From positions 3,968,001-4,032,000 of the forward strand of contig NC_079238.1 of the NCBI RefSeq assembly GCF_027921745.1: 64,000 bases of DNA, given 5' to 3'. This DNA comes from Schizosaccharomyces osmophilus. Taxonomy: Eukaryota. The notes under the pieces are model-generated. The model was not told the DNA's origin. It was given only the letters and a program-made list of their open reading frames with translations, and did not search any database. Within the stretch, counting starts at the first letter, position 1; every line of letters starts with the position of its first letter. A program made the position numbers and the translations under genes. Below are positions 1-10,099 of the stretch, in pieces.

Positions 1-180
1 GAGAAGGAATTCATAAACGATCAATTAAATTGTTGAAACCAAAACCATCCCAAATAAACAAAACTGTTGAAAGAGAGTGTGGGGTTAATACCTTACATAA
101 ATTTTTGAGCACAAAGCCCGGATAAACAAAACACAAACAGGTGAGGAATAAAAAACAAAATTAGCAAACACCATTTTACA

Positions 181-2010
181 TTACTTAGCCACTCCGTTGT
201 AAAGTTCAGGATGGAAATCTTCTAAGCTTCTCAATTTTGAGAAAATGTCAAACAAAGATTGGCCTCGTTCATAGTTATTGTCAACAATAACACAAAGCAC
301 CCAGCTGGACATCATGGATACCAATAACTTGTGTGTTTCAGATTTTGGATCATGGGCTGAAGCCCAAGCCATACCAAGAGAATACGCTTCGTCTTTCCAG
401 GCCAAGAATGAAGTAGATTCAACAATAGTCGGTTGAATTACCTCTCGATTAGGAAATACTCCCCATGTAACTGCATTGGGAACTTCATATGCGGCATTGG
501 TATCCAGTTTCCCAGAAACAGAAACGAAGAAGTAGGAAATATCTCCCATTTGGTGAAGAGAGGATTTCAATTCCTCAATCAAGGAAGGGTGTACGAAAAA
601 CTCAACGTAAGGCTTCTGGTATACATATCCGTTCGTTGGACCCCAGCCATGTACTGGGTCAGAGCTTTTAACGCCGTTTAGAGCAGGCTGGGAATTAATT
701 GTGAGATAAGCTCTCCTATTCATATTTTCCAGCTGACTTTGAATCACTTTTGCCTCCTCCGAGATGGGCATGTCGCTCCAGGGTAAACTGGTTTGTTTTT
801 TTGTGCAGTAACTTACAAAAAGCTCACCAAGCTCTTTATAGGATTTTGGACTGCCCCAGAGAGCCAAAATCTCAGCAGCCGACTGACGTAGGCCATGACG
901 GGAAGGATCAAATTCACCAAACGCAGGGCTACGAGAATCACCCCATCGACCATGAGGGAATTCATCCCATTGCTCTGTCCTTGACATATAGCTCTCTAAA
1001 CGAGTCCTCCAAAATATAGGACGAACATCTTCGTTTGCACGTTTGGTGCCGTTGGGGAAAATTTCCGTACGGTTTGTCGTCAGCTCGTTTTCCGGTTTTT
1101 CAGTTACTTGCTTAAGTTCTTCAACGAGCAATCCCAGTCGCTCGATAATCATTTTCACGGCCTTTTCTAAATTCATGGTATAAAAATGAAGACGGGTAAT
1201 GCCATTATCAATTAATTTTTGACAGAACTGTACCATTAAATCGGCACCACGTTCACGAACATCATCATCATTGTCTTTTACGGGTACAAGAGCGTCCATA
1301 AAATGTTGTGGAATTTTCACTCCACTCCATTTTGCTCTTCGAATGAATGAATCCCAAGCTTGAATGGGCATGATGCCTGGAAAAATGGGCACCAATATAC
1401 CATTTTCCCGGCATTTTTTTACCCATTCAACAAAATTATCGGCATCATAAAACATTTGCGTTACAATAAACGATGCACCAGCATCTACTTTTTCTTTTAA
1501 ATGATTTATACTTCTATCAATGTCGTCACCTGGTGAATATCCTTCAGGATAACCAGCGACACCAATGCAGATTTCATCTCCATAGTTCTTTTTTATATAT
1601 CGAACCAAATCTGCCGCATAGCGAAAGCCACCTTCCACTTGGGTCCATTCGGTTTCATTTTTGGGTGGATCCCCTCTCAGTGCCAAAACATTACGACAAC
1701 CAGACTCGTAAGCTTTCTTCAACGCCATTCTAATCATTTCGCCTGACATATTTGTACAAGTGAGATGCATGCACGTGTCGAGCTGAAAATCCTTTTGAGC
1801 AACATTTATAATCACCGGAGTCAAATCAGAAGTAGACCCGCCAGCACCCCAGGTCACATCTACGAACATTGGATATCCCCATTCTTTCATGCGATCTATA
1901 CGATTGTATAGATTTTGGATACCTGTGCTTGTTTTCGGTGGAAAAAACTCATAGCTCCATGTAACTTTGTCTTTCCAGCCCGGATCTTGAAGTTTGTCAC
2001 TTATTTTCAT
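181..2010 (-). CDS. met9: Methylenetetrahydrofolate reductase (MTHFR)
   Basis: Single-exon ORF with ATG at 2010 (the ORF-track start at 2019 is GTG). Motifs SYEFFPPKT, VTWGAGG, HLTCT, LALRGDPP, AGYPEG, TQMFYD and FYTMN, plus the eukaryotic regulatory C-domain (WDEFPHGRWGDSRSPAFGE, NAVTWGVFP). Confidence 0.95.
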   Translation of the reverse strand: MKISDKLQDPGWKDKVTWSYEFFPPKTSTGIQNLYNRIDRMKEWGYPMFVDVTWGAGGSTSDLTPVIINVAQKDFQLDTCMHLTCTNMSGEMIRMALKKAYESGCRNVLALRGDPPKNETEWTQVEGGFRYAADLVRYIKKNYGDEICIGVAGYPEGYSPGDDIDRSINHLKEKVDAGASFIVTQMFYDADNFVEWVKKCRENGILVPIFPGIMPIQAWDSFIRRAKWSGVKIPQHFMDALVPVKDNDDDVRERGADLMVQFCQKLIDNGITRLHFYTMNLEKAVKMIIERLGLLVEELKQVTEKPENELTTNRTEIFPNGTKRANEDVRPIFWRTRLESYMSRTEQWDEFPHGRWGDSRSPAFGEFDPSRHGLRQSAAEILALWGSPKSYKELGELFVSYCTKKQTSLPWSDMPISEEAKVIQSQLENMNRRAYLTINSQPALNGVKSSDPVHGWGPTNGYVYQKPYVEFFVHPSLIEELKSSLHQMGDISYFFVSVSGKLDTNAAYEVPNAVTWGVFPNREVIQPTIVESTSFLAWKDEAYSLGMAWASAHDPKSETHKLLVSMMSSWVLCVIVDNNYERGQSLFDIFSKLRSLEDFHPELYNGVAK

Positions 2011-2440
2011 TTTTACCACCCAATTTTGAAGGATCTTGCCCTAAGTAGTTAGTTGGCTTTGGTTAAGTTTTGAAAACACAATCTCCTATAAACCGCTACA
2101 AGAGATGGTTGATGTGGATAATTACGCTGGATTCTATTTACAGTATCGCGTAACGCTTCCTTAGCTGATAGTATTGAGCTTCATTACCATAATGATTGCG
2201 TATTCGGATGAAGTACTGCTAATTTCACTGAAGTGTGATGGAAGCGTAAATAAATAATAAAATGTACATAAAATCAAAAGATAAACAAAGCGCTGACAGG
2301 TGAATAGCTTGAACTCTATCATTAAATATAAAAACTTCTATAAAGTAAAATTATGATTTTTTTTTCCAACCATTCCCAAAGAACCAATGCACAGTACAAA
2401 TATATTGATAAATTCAGATTCAGACCAAGAAAAAAATTGC

Positions 2441-3382
2441 TTACCGACGCTTGTAGATGCAGGCATTAAGAATAGGAGGAAGAGTCTGTGGCTTTTCAAG
2501 TAAAGGTCTTTTGACAAACTCGAAAAGCGTAAACATTTTATTACCCAAGGCAAGGGATGTATTTTCAAACCCCATTTTTGGGAGTTCTTGAGCGAAGACT
2601 TTACCACTTTTATCAGAAAAACGACTTTTAATTTCAGCAACCCATAATTGCCCTGTTTGTGGCTTCAAAACGCGGTGGGCTTCCTGCAAAAATGATTGCC
2701 AATTCGTTCCCATCAAACTCAGACAGAAGATGGCAATGTCGACGCTACCATCCTCTAAAGGAAGATTCGAGATATCCGAAGCTACAATAAACTTGTTTGC
2801 AGAAACGAGATCAAAACTTTGTACTTGGATATGCTTGGATGCCTCAAAAGTTGCGGCAATTTTAGCTTCTCCACATCCAAGATCTACCACGTTAACGGGT
2901 CGCTTCTTTTTATCGTACCTTTCCTTCAAAAAGCGAATAAAAACGTCAACTGGATTTTCAGGCCAGTTTTCAATCTGATGTCGAAATCCGGCATGGTACA
3001 CTTCAAACATGTCTGGACTATCCCGGAAAAGTTTCACAGCATCCTCGCTCTCTGTCGTGTATAATCGTTCATTGATCCATCGAAATTTAGCACCATCTAA
3101 TTTCCCTTTCATTTTCTTTTGAAGCATCGTCAAAGAATCTTCATTTGCTAACTTTTTATCGCCTTGCTGAGCAGGAGATGGTTGCTTGCTTTCAATTGCA
3201 AACTTCTCGCTTTCCTTTTGTTCTTGTTTCTGCTTTTTTGTTGATGGTTCTTGACCTTTCGAGTCCTTGTTCTTTATCAATTCAGGTTTTGCCTTTTCGG
3301 TCTGATTCTTTCTTTTTTTATATTCTTTGGGCTCTTGCCTTTTCGGCGGAGCACTTCCTAAATCCCAATTTACCTGAAACAT
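2441..3382 (-). CDS. rrp8: rRNA methyltransferase Rrp8 (nucleomethylin family)
   Basis: GAKFRWINERLYT, YHAGFRHQ..WPENPVD, SAM motif DLGCGEA, FCLSLMGTN, AEIKSRF and C-terminal CIYKRR. Confidence 0.93.
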   Translation of the reverse strand: MFQVNWDLGSAPPKRQEPKEYKKRKNQTEKAKPELIKNKDSKGQEPSTKKQKQEQKESEKFAIESKQPSPAQQGDKKLANEDSLTMLQKKMKGKLDGAKFRWINERLYTTESEDAVKLFRDSPDMFEVYHAGFRHQIENWPENPVDVFIRFLKERYDKKKRPVNVVDLGCGEAKIAATFEASKHIQVQSFDLVSANKFIVASDISNLPLEDGSVDIAIFCLSLMGTNWQSFLQEAHRVLKPQTGQLWVAEIKSRFSDKSGKVFAQELPKMGFENTSLALGNKMFTLFEFVKRPLLEKPQTLPPILNACIYKRR

Positions 3383-3746
3383 ACTTTTTAGTGTATGTTT
3401 CTTTTTTTGCCCAAAATTGAATATGGCTAAGAGTGGACGACTGCCTTGAGAGTTCCATGTAAAATCCAGGCAAAATATCAGAATGCTGTTTTACTTAATC
3501 ATTAGTTTTTATCACGTACTTGAGAATTGTTAATTGTATTCTATTGTCTCTGAAAAGCAAATTCATTACCGGGTAGAATACATGATACAAAAGGTAAATA
3601 CGAAAATCTGGAAAAAAGTAAAGGGAAATTCATTTACACATCATAACAAACTTTTTTTTTCTAATAATTGGAATCATAAATAATTAGTTATTCCCTAGGG
3701 ATGCATGCGTCTATGTTGACTGTTTTATCAGTCTTTAAGCAAGCCA

Positions 3747-4795
3747 TTACAGAAGGAAAGAAGCTGCAACATCAACGTCTCCATTAGCCGCATCCAAAGC
3801 CTGAGCTGCTTCTAACGGATCAAAGCCCATACCGGTAAGCTGAGCAATCTTTGATTCAACCGCAGGATCCCCTGATACATTAACGATAGGATTATTAGGG
3901 GTACTTGAAGCCACAGAAGCACTTGGAGATGGTTTGGTATCATTTTTCGTACCCAAACGCATTCCACTAGAGGTATTAGATGCAGGAGCGTCCGAAGGAC
4001 TAGCCTCGACTCCGGGTGCTTGAGAAGCAACATGCATTTTCGGAATTTCAGATTCCCCTAAGAAAGAAACCTCTTGTCCATGAATTCGAAGAACGTTATT
4101 TTCCAAATCGATGCATGCTTGATATCTGCGTAACATGTCTAAACCAAGAAGCATATCAACGTCGCGACCCTCAATGACAGTAAAACGACAAGGAAGAAAC
4201 AGGCTCCCAATTTTCAAAGGAGCACTGTGTACAGAGCCTAGTATTTTTGCCATGCCTACACCCTTTGCGACACCTGAAAACCTCGTATCCAATAATCGAG
4301 TCAATCCACAGCGTGAAGCACAGTCGGCAGACAAAATGGTAGCCTGAGCCCCTGAGTCTACGAAAGCTTTTACTTTGTGTCCATTAATCTCAACGTCGAC
4401 AAAAAGCATATATACTTGCCCGAAAACCTCTGGGTGATTTTCAATGGCGTTTTGCATATTTTCTGCTATATTGGATTGATGAATTTGCTCTTCAATTTTT
4501 CGTTGGACTTCTACATCGAACAATTGATCATCCTAGAGTGTTACTGTTAGTATAACAAGCAAAATTTCTGTTACAGTGATCATACAGGAATCGTAGGCAT
4601 AGAAAGGGGAGCGGGACCAGACGACTGAGGTGTTGATAGGAGTTGTGAAAAATTTAATGTTTGCCAAATAGATGCAAATCGCTCAGGATCTTCTAAAACT
4701 TCTGCTAATTGTGGGAATTCGCTTTGTACGCGATTTAAAAGTATTGGTGTGGATAAAATAGTTCGGCGTATCTCTTCAACAGATAATTGATTCAT
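3747..4795 (-). CDS. mud1: Ddi1-family retroviral-like aspartyl protease with C-terminal UBA domain and no UBL; exons 4795-4586, 4532-3747
   Basis: Catalytic motif AFVDSGAQ, DMLLGLDML and UBA (LTGMGFDPLEAAQALDAANGDVDVAASFL). Intron 4585-4533 reads GTATGA...TACTAAC...TAG and joins in frame. The N-terminus resembles S. pombe Mud1. Confidence 0.93.
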
Positions 4796-4813
4796 TTTCT
4801 ACGAAAAATGGTC

Positions 4814-5305
4814 TTAGAGATGCTTTTTTTGAGTAGTGAAAGAGGTGGTAGAAGATTGGGATGCTGTAAGGGTGCAGGCTCTTATTATTCGCTTGGACAT
4901 ATGAACCGCCATCAACAAAGGAATCACCAAATAAGGAAGGTAAAAAGAAATTAAAATCCATTTTTGTTGAGCATAAAGTTCAAAGATACAGATCCAAGTT
5001 GTCGTGGCAGCATGGATTCCATACATCAACATCGAAAGCCATAATACAGGACTTTGTGTGTCTTTCCAGATGCTATAGGAGGCCCATAAAAAATACGGAA
5101 GCTGGATGAGTGCTTCAGAAACGAATAAACCATATTGCCATGGAGCATGGCTTTTTAGAATTGGATCATCATAGTTGTTCAAATAAAAGCGTCGAACAGC
5201 TGAAAGGGAAGGATATTTGTCTTGCACCCATTCAGAGATTGGAAGATCGACAAAGATTGCAGCAACAAAGTGAGTTAGAAAATAAACCAGGTAAAAGATA
5301 TCCAT
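4814..5305 (-). CDS. EXPERA-domain (TMEM97/Ema19-like) ER membrane protein, SPAC56F8.07-like
   Basis: 163 aa with about 4 hydrophobic segments, family-like motifs (YF.TH....IFVD, Y.DP, E..IQLP.F, YG.HAATTT, YLPYLVIP) and a C-terminal KKHL di-lysine ER-retrieval signal. Confidence 0.85.
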   Translation of the reverse strand: MDIFYLVYFLTHFVAAIFVDLPISEWVQDKYPSLSAVRRFYLNNYDDPILKSHAPWQYGLFVSEALIQLPYFLWASYSIWKDTQSPVLWLSMLMYGIHAATTTWICIFELYAQQKWILISFYLPYLVIPLLMAVHMSKRIIRACTLTASQSSTTSFTTQKKHL

Positions 5306-6583
5306 TGAATTTCTTGTGGTCGGTGGGTTTCAGATCCAGATGAAATCTAAGTATGCGCAATTGATTTTACTTGTAGACTTCTTCGCTATTTTCTAGATTT
5401 TTTTCATCTTCTTTTTTAACAAATACTATATTGGTTTCTTCAACTTTAGCAAACATGTTTTCTGGATAAGCAACTTTGAGTGGAAGTCTGAGTCGCATTA
5501 TTTAAGAAACTATTTTTGGGCTATTCAAGTTATTTCAATTTTTTTGGAAAGCAGTTTTACTAAAAGTAAGCGGTTAGGCTAAGATTTTACAGCTTGGCAA
5601 AACGAAAACACAATCCCACATGGTTATGCTTTGTCATTTCTGTAAGCTCTGGGGTGGACTTTCTATTGATTACTGGAAATAACTTGCTTGACTGAACATT
5701 GCGAAGAAAGTCCTTCTTCCATCGACACTATTCCCTGTCTCAGTTACTATCCATTTGTAAGATATAATACTACGTGGATCAATAAACCCGACAGTTATTG
5801 AAGGCCCCATTTTAAATGAGTTTTTCAAACACTTAAATAAATTCCATTAGAGTTGCTAACCTGGACTTTACTTGGCATCAATCTTAATTTTGGTATCCGA
5901 TAGAAGAACCAGTTTGCTGGATTGCATCGAATAGGAGATTGAAATTAGCGAGGTATTTACTTATTTATTTTTTACTATGTTCATTACGATTACGTCGAGA
6001 ATGAAGGGATCGTTTACTGTACTTACTTGGTAAACCGAAAGGCTCAGTAATTTATACTAGTACTCTTCGAAACTGTCGTCAACAATGAAGGGCATATGCG
6101 CGAAGGAATATGAATACAAGGATACGAAATAATTTCTTGTATTACCTGGTGACTTCCAACTATGGCATTTCTTGTTTCTCTGCGAATATTCAATTTAGAG
6201 ATTTTTGCAGACACCCATAGAAGTTATTTTATGGTTTTGAAACTTCACTATATCAAACCTTCTAAAATATTGAATCACCCCAGACACAAGTTTGGTCAAA
6301 CATGATAGAATGCGTACGGTTGTATCAAATAAAAGAATCACCCTTAAGTACCTTCTGAAACGGATTTTAACAATGATACTACTCAAATCAAAAACGCAGA
6401 ATTAATCTAATTAAGAAAATCAACTCTTTGCCGACTTACTCAAATCTCTCATAGTAATCCATAATGTAGCTACAGAAAGTGACTTGGAATTATCATAACC
6501 GACATTCTTTTCGTTACTGGTAAAAATCAATGGTTTCCTTATTAAATTAGTTCATTCTTGTATATTACTTTCTAATCTATAAT

Positions 6584-7985
6584 ATGAGTATACAAAAGGG
6601 CCGTCTGGTAAGGGCAGTATATGGAGCCGGTGCAGGCTCAAACCTCGTCAAATTGTGGATCCTGATAACCCTTGTATCATTTCTCTTGGTTAATCGCTAT
6701 GTCGATATTCCTTATATGGATGAAATCTTTCATGTCTCCCAAGCACAAAGATATTGCAATCAGGATTGGAGATGGGATCCAGCCATTACTACTCCTCCAG
6801 GTCTATACTTGCTGTCTTACTTTTTAAAGACTATACTTGGGTGTAATTTGTTTCATCTTCGTTTTCTGAATTTTGCCCTCGGGGTTATTGGTATGCCGGT
6901 CATTTTGTTTGATATCAGCACACAGTTGAACACTAAGAGTCGTGGGTTCCCATTAGTCCTTTCCTCTTTACCTCCATTATGGTTCAGTTTCCTACTTTAT
7001 TATACCGATACCGCTAGTACTGTAATAACTTTATTAGCTTATGATTTGGCACTAAGGAATGCCGCCATATCAAGTTCTGTCTTTTGCTTTTTTAGTTTGT
7101 TCTTCCGGCAAACAAACATTCTTTGGGTCGGCTATATAATATATACTTTGATTACCAATGATTTGTCATTTTATAATCCTAAATTGTCTGAAGCAACCTT
7201 TATCGATTTCCTTTTGGCAATTACTTCTTTTATTGGAAGCCTCCTGAGAAATATGAGAAAAATTTGGAGAAGAATACTTCCATTTGCCTTTGTCATTGCT
7301 TTTTCGTTGGGCTTTTTAATATGTAATGGAGGTATTGTTTTAGGCGATAAATCAAATCACAAACCAGTTATTCATCTCTCCCAGATAAACTATTTTATTG
7401 CCTTTTTATTTATTTTTTCTTTCCCATCTTGCTTGTCTCCGCAGTTGAAAAGGGCATTCTGGAAAACAAAGATTCATTCTCATCTATTTTCGCGCATAAC
7501 TCTTTTGCTTCTTCCCTTGCTGTTTCTTATCATTAAATATAATACGTATGTTCTTTATTTGGATGATTTCTAACAAAGATAGAATTATGCACCCGTTTCT
7601 TCTTGCCGATAATCGCCATTATGTGTTCTATGTATTTAATCGATTCCGCAGATACTGGTGGTTAAAATACCTTGGAGCACCAGTATATGCTTTATGTTAC
7701 AATTTATTTATTAAAGAAGTTTCTCATCACATGTCTGTCTTAGATTTTACTGTCATGACGCTGGCTACTTTGCTCACATTAGTACCAGCTCCCTTGGTCG
7801 AATTTCGATACTTCATTCTTCCATGTTTATTTTGGCGGATAAAGGTTCCCTGGCAATCAAAAAATGCTTTATTGACAGAATTCATTTTCCATATGTCCCT
7901 GAACGCTATCAGCGTGTATATATTCGTATATCGCCCATTTGTTTGGCCTTCTGAGACAGAAAACTTACAAAGGTTTATGTGGTAG
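6584..7985 (+). CDS. alg10: Dol-P-Glc alpha-1,2-glucosyltransferase Alg10; exons 6584-7545, 7583-7985
   Basis: PYMDEIFH..QAQRYC, WDPAITTPPGLY, YYTD, RQTNI.W, GGIVLGDKSNH, HPFLLADNRHY, LVEFRYF and QRFMW. A 37-nt intron 7546-7582 (GTATGT...CTAAC...TAG) joins the two ORFs. Confidence 0.95.
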
Positions 7986-8743
7986 ACCAAGACGACATTG
8001 TTTCTATCATTATATTCCTTAAGATATGTATTGTTCACCAGGCGGGTAGGTAAGCTAAATTTGGACTTGAAAAAATGCCTATATATTGTCCAGAACCGTA
8101 TTACAGAAAATCATGACAGGCGAATGCGACATTTGAAACAAAATACAGTATAACGAGATACTCCAAAAAAAAGTTGGTTTGAAATGTACCTTTTTAAACA
8201 ATAACTATTACAAAATATCAATTTGAAACACCATATATGCTATACGTAGCGTTCAATGCCTATGTTTAATAATGGCAGTGCTTTCCAAAAAGATGGTAAA
8301 CGAGGGTCAGAGCTCTTTTGATTCATTACTCTAGGCTCACTAAGGAGTTACCATTTAGGATATGTTTCAGTCTAATTTATTTTGTATAATACTGAGTATT
8401 TTAGAGCGACCAAAACATTTCTTCATTTTAGAAGAAAAAAAAAAAAAAAAAAAAACTCACATTACCAATTAGCGAACACTTCACCCAGCCGGGTTTATTC
8501 TTTCCGCATATCAAAGAAAGCCTTTCGTTTGTTGTTTTTCTTTTACTTTATTACTTTGTTAAATTTAAATTTTTGTGTTTCATAATAGTTTAAAAACTGG
8601 TGAACCGTCATAAATCAAAATAATATTAATCACAGCTTTAGTAAAGGTTACTGTGCCAAACAATTGAAGTACAAAACTTTAAAAATTTGACTTTTTCATT
8701 CTTTCTTTTCTTTTTTTTCCTCGTCTTTTGAAAGCATAGGGAT

Positions 8744-9835
8744 ATGTTGAAAACTGCTCCCAGAATATATCATCCTTTCATTCCTACAAGATGCCAATTA
8801 ACATACACTTCTTTTTTTAAGAAACATTCCGTGTCTTCTCTTTCCCTTCGGCAGATCTTTGGGTATAGATCAATAAGTGGATCTAATCAGGACAAAACCA
8901 AACCTTTAGCAGCTGTTAAAAAGCCTCTGTTTTCACGTTTATCTGAAAGAATAAATGCATATGCTCATTTGTCCCGTGCCTATAATCCGACTGGAACATT
9001 CTTGCTTTACAGTCCGTGTACATGGTCAATTCTAATGGGCGCTTATTCCGTTAATAGCAGCATGTTCGATGTATGTAAGATACTTGCGCTTTTCGGGGCT
9101 GGTTCCTTCTTAATGCGAAGTGCTGGATGCGTTGTCAATGATCTTTGGGATCGAAAGTTGGATGCTAAAGTTGAACGGAGCAAATCAAGACCATTAGCTA
9201 GCAAGTTGGTTAGCGTCCGTGAGGCTGTATCAGTTTTAGGTGTTCAGTTAACTGCAAGCCTTGGTATCCTTCTACAGCTCAATCCTTATACAATTAAATT
9301 AGGTGTTGCATCTCTCCTTCCTGTTTGCATTTATCCTGCTATGAAGCGAGTAACCTACTATCCACAAGTCGTCCTTGGTTTAACATTTGGATACGGTGCC
9401 GTCATGGGATGGCCGGCTTTAGTGGGAGAAGCTTGTATGAATTGGTCAGTTGTTGCTCCCCTGTACCTAAGTACAGTATCCTGGATTGTCTTGTATGACA
9501 CTATTTATGCCCATCAAGATAAACGTGATGATGTGAAAGCTAATATTTATTCTATGGCTCTTCGCTATGGTGAAAATACCAAACCACTTCTGACAGGCCT
9601 AGCTCTTTTCCAATTGAGCATGCTTACCACTGCCGGTATATGCAACAATCAAGGGCTTTTGTTCTATACTGTGGGTGTTGCAGGAACTGCTTACCGCATG
9701 CTTTCCATGATCTATAAAGTAAATTTGGACTCCCCGAAGGACTGCTTTAGCTGGTTTAAGACAAACTCTAATACAGGCTATTTGATAACTGCTGCCATCG
9801 CTTTGGACTGGCTTGCCAAAGCTTATACCTCTTAA
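8744..9835 (+). CDS. ppt1: 4-hydroxybenzoate polyprenyltransferase (Coq2/UbiA family)
   Basis: Basic mitochondrial-presequence-like N-terminus; NDLWDRKLDAKVERSKSRPLAS and YDTIYAHQDKRDD motifs. Confidence 0.95.
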   Translation: MLKTAPRIYHPFIPTRCQLTYTSFFKKHSVSSLSLRQIFGYRSISGSNQDKTKPLAAVKKPLFSRLSERINAYAHLSRAYNPTGTFLLYSPCTWSILMGAYSVNSSMFDVCKILALFGAGSFLMRSAGCVVNDLWDRKLDAKVERSKSRPLASKLVSVREAVSVLGVQLTASLGILLQLNPYTIKLGVASLLPVCIYPAMKRVTYYPQVVLGLTFGYGAVMGWPALVGEACMNWSVVAPLYLSTVSWIVLYDTIYAHQDKRDDVKANIYSMALRYGENTKPLLTGLALFQLSMLTTAGICNNQGLLFYTVGVAGTAYRMLSMIYKVNLDSPKDCFSWFKTNSNTGYLITAAIALDWLAKAYTS

Positions 9836-10099
9836 CAGCATACTAATTTTGGTAAAAATAAATTCATTAAAGTAGGTTATAAACGCACAATACGAATTGT
9901 AATATTTCCCGAATTGTATGAGCTTTTAACACCCTTCATTGCATCATGTCATAAAAATAACATTTTATTAAACTACAAGGTACCTTTTCAATATTCTGAA
10001 ATAATGAATTATGAATTTACTTACGACTGGTAATGTCATTTTTGGGGCGTCCAACATATATTCAGATTTAATCCAATATTGCAATCCTACATAAACAGA

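Noticed and set aside
4796..4816. Stop-codon readthrough fusion of EXPERA and Mud1
   Set aside because: The spacer is in frame but two stops (TAA, then TAG) intervene, and the terminal KKHL signal suggests the first stop is functional.
5500..6583. Possible hidden multi-exon gene, including the 63-aa ORF 6195-6386
   Set aside because: No ATG-initiated coherent exon chain or recognisable motif; it fits a divergent promoter region.
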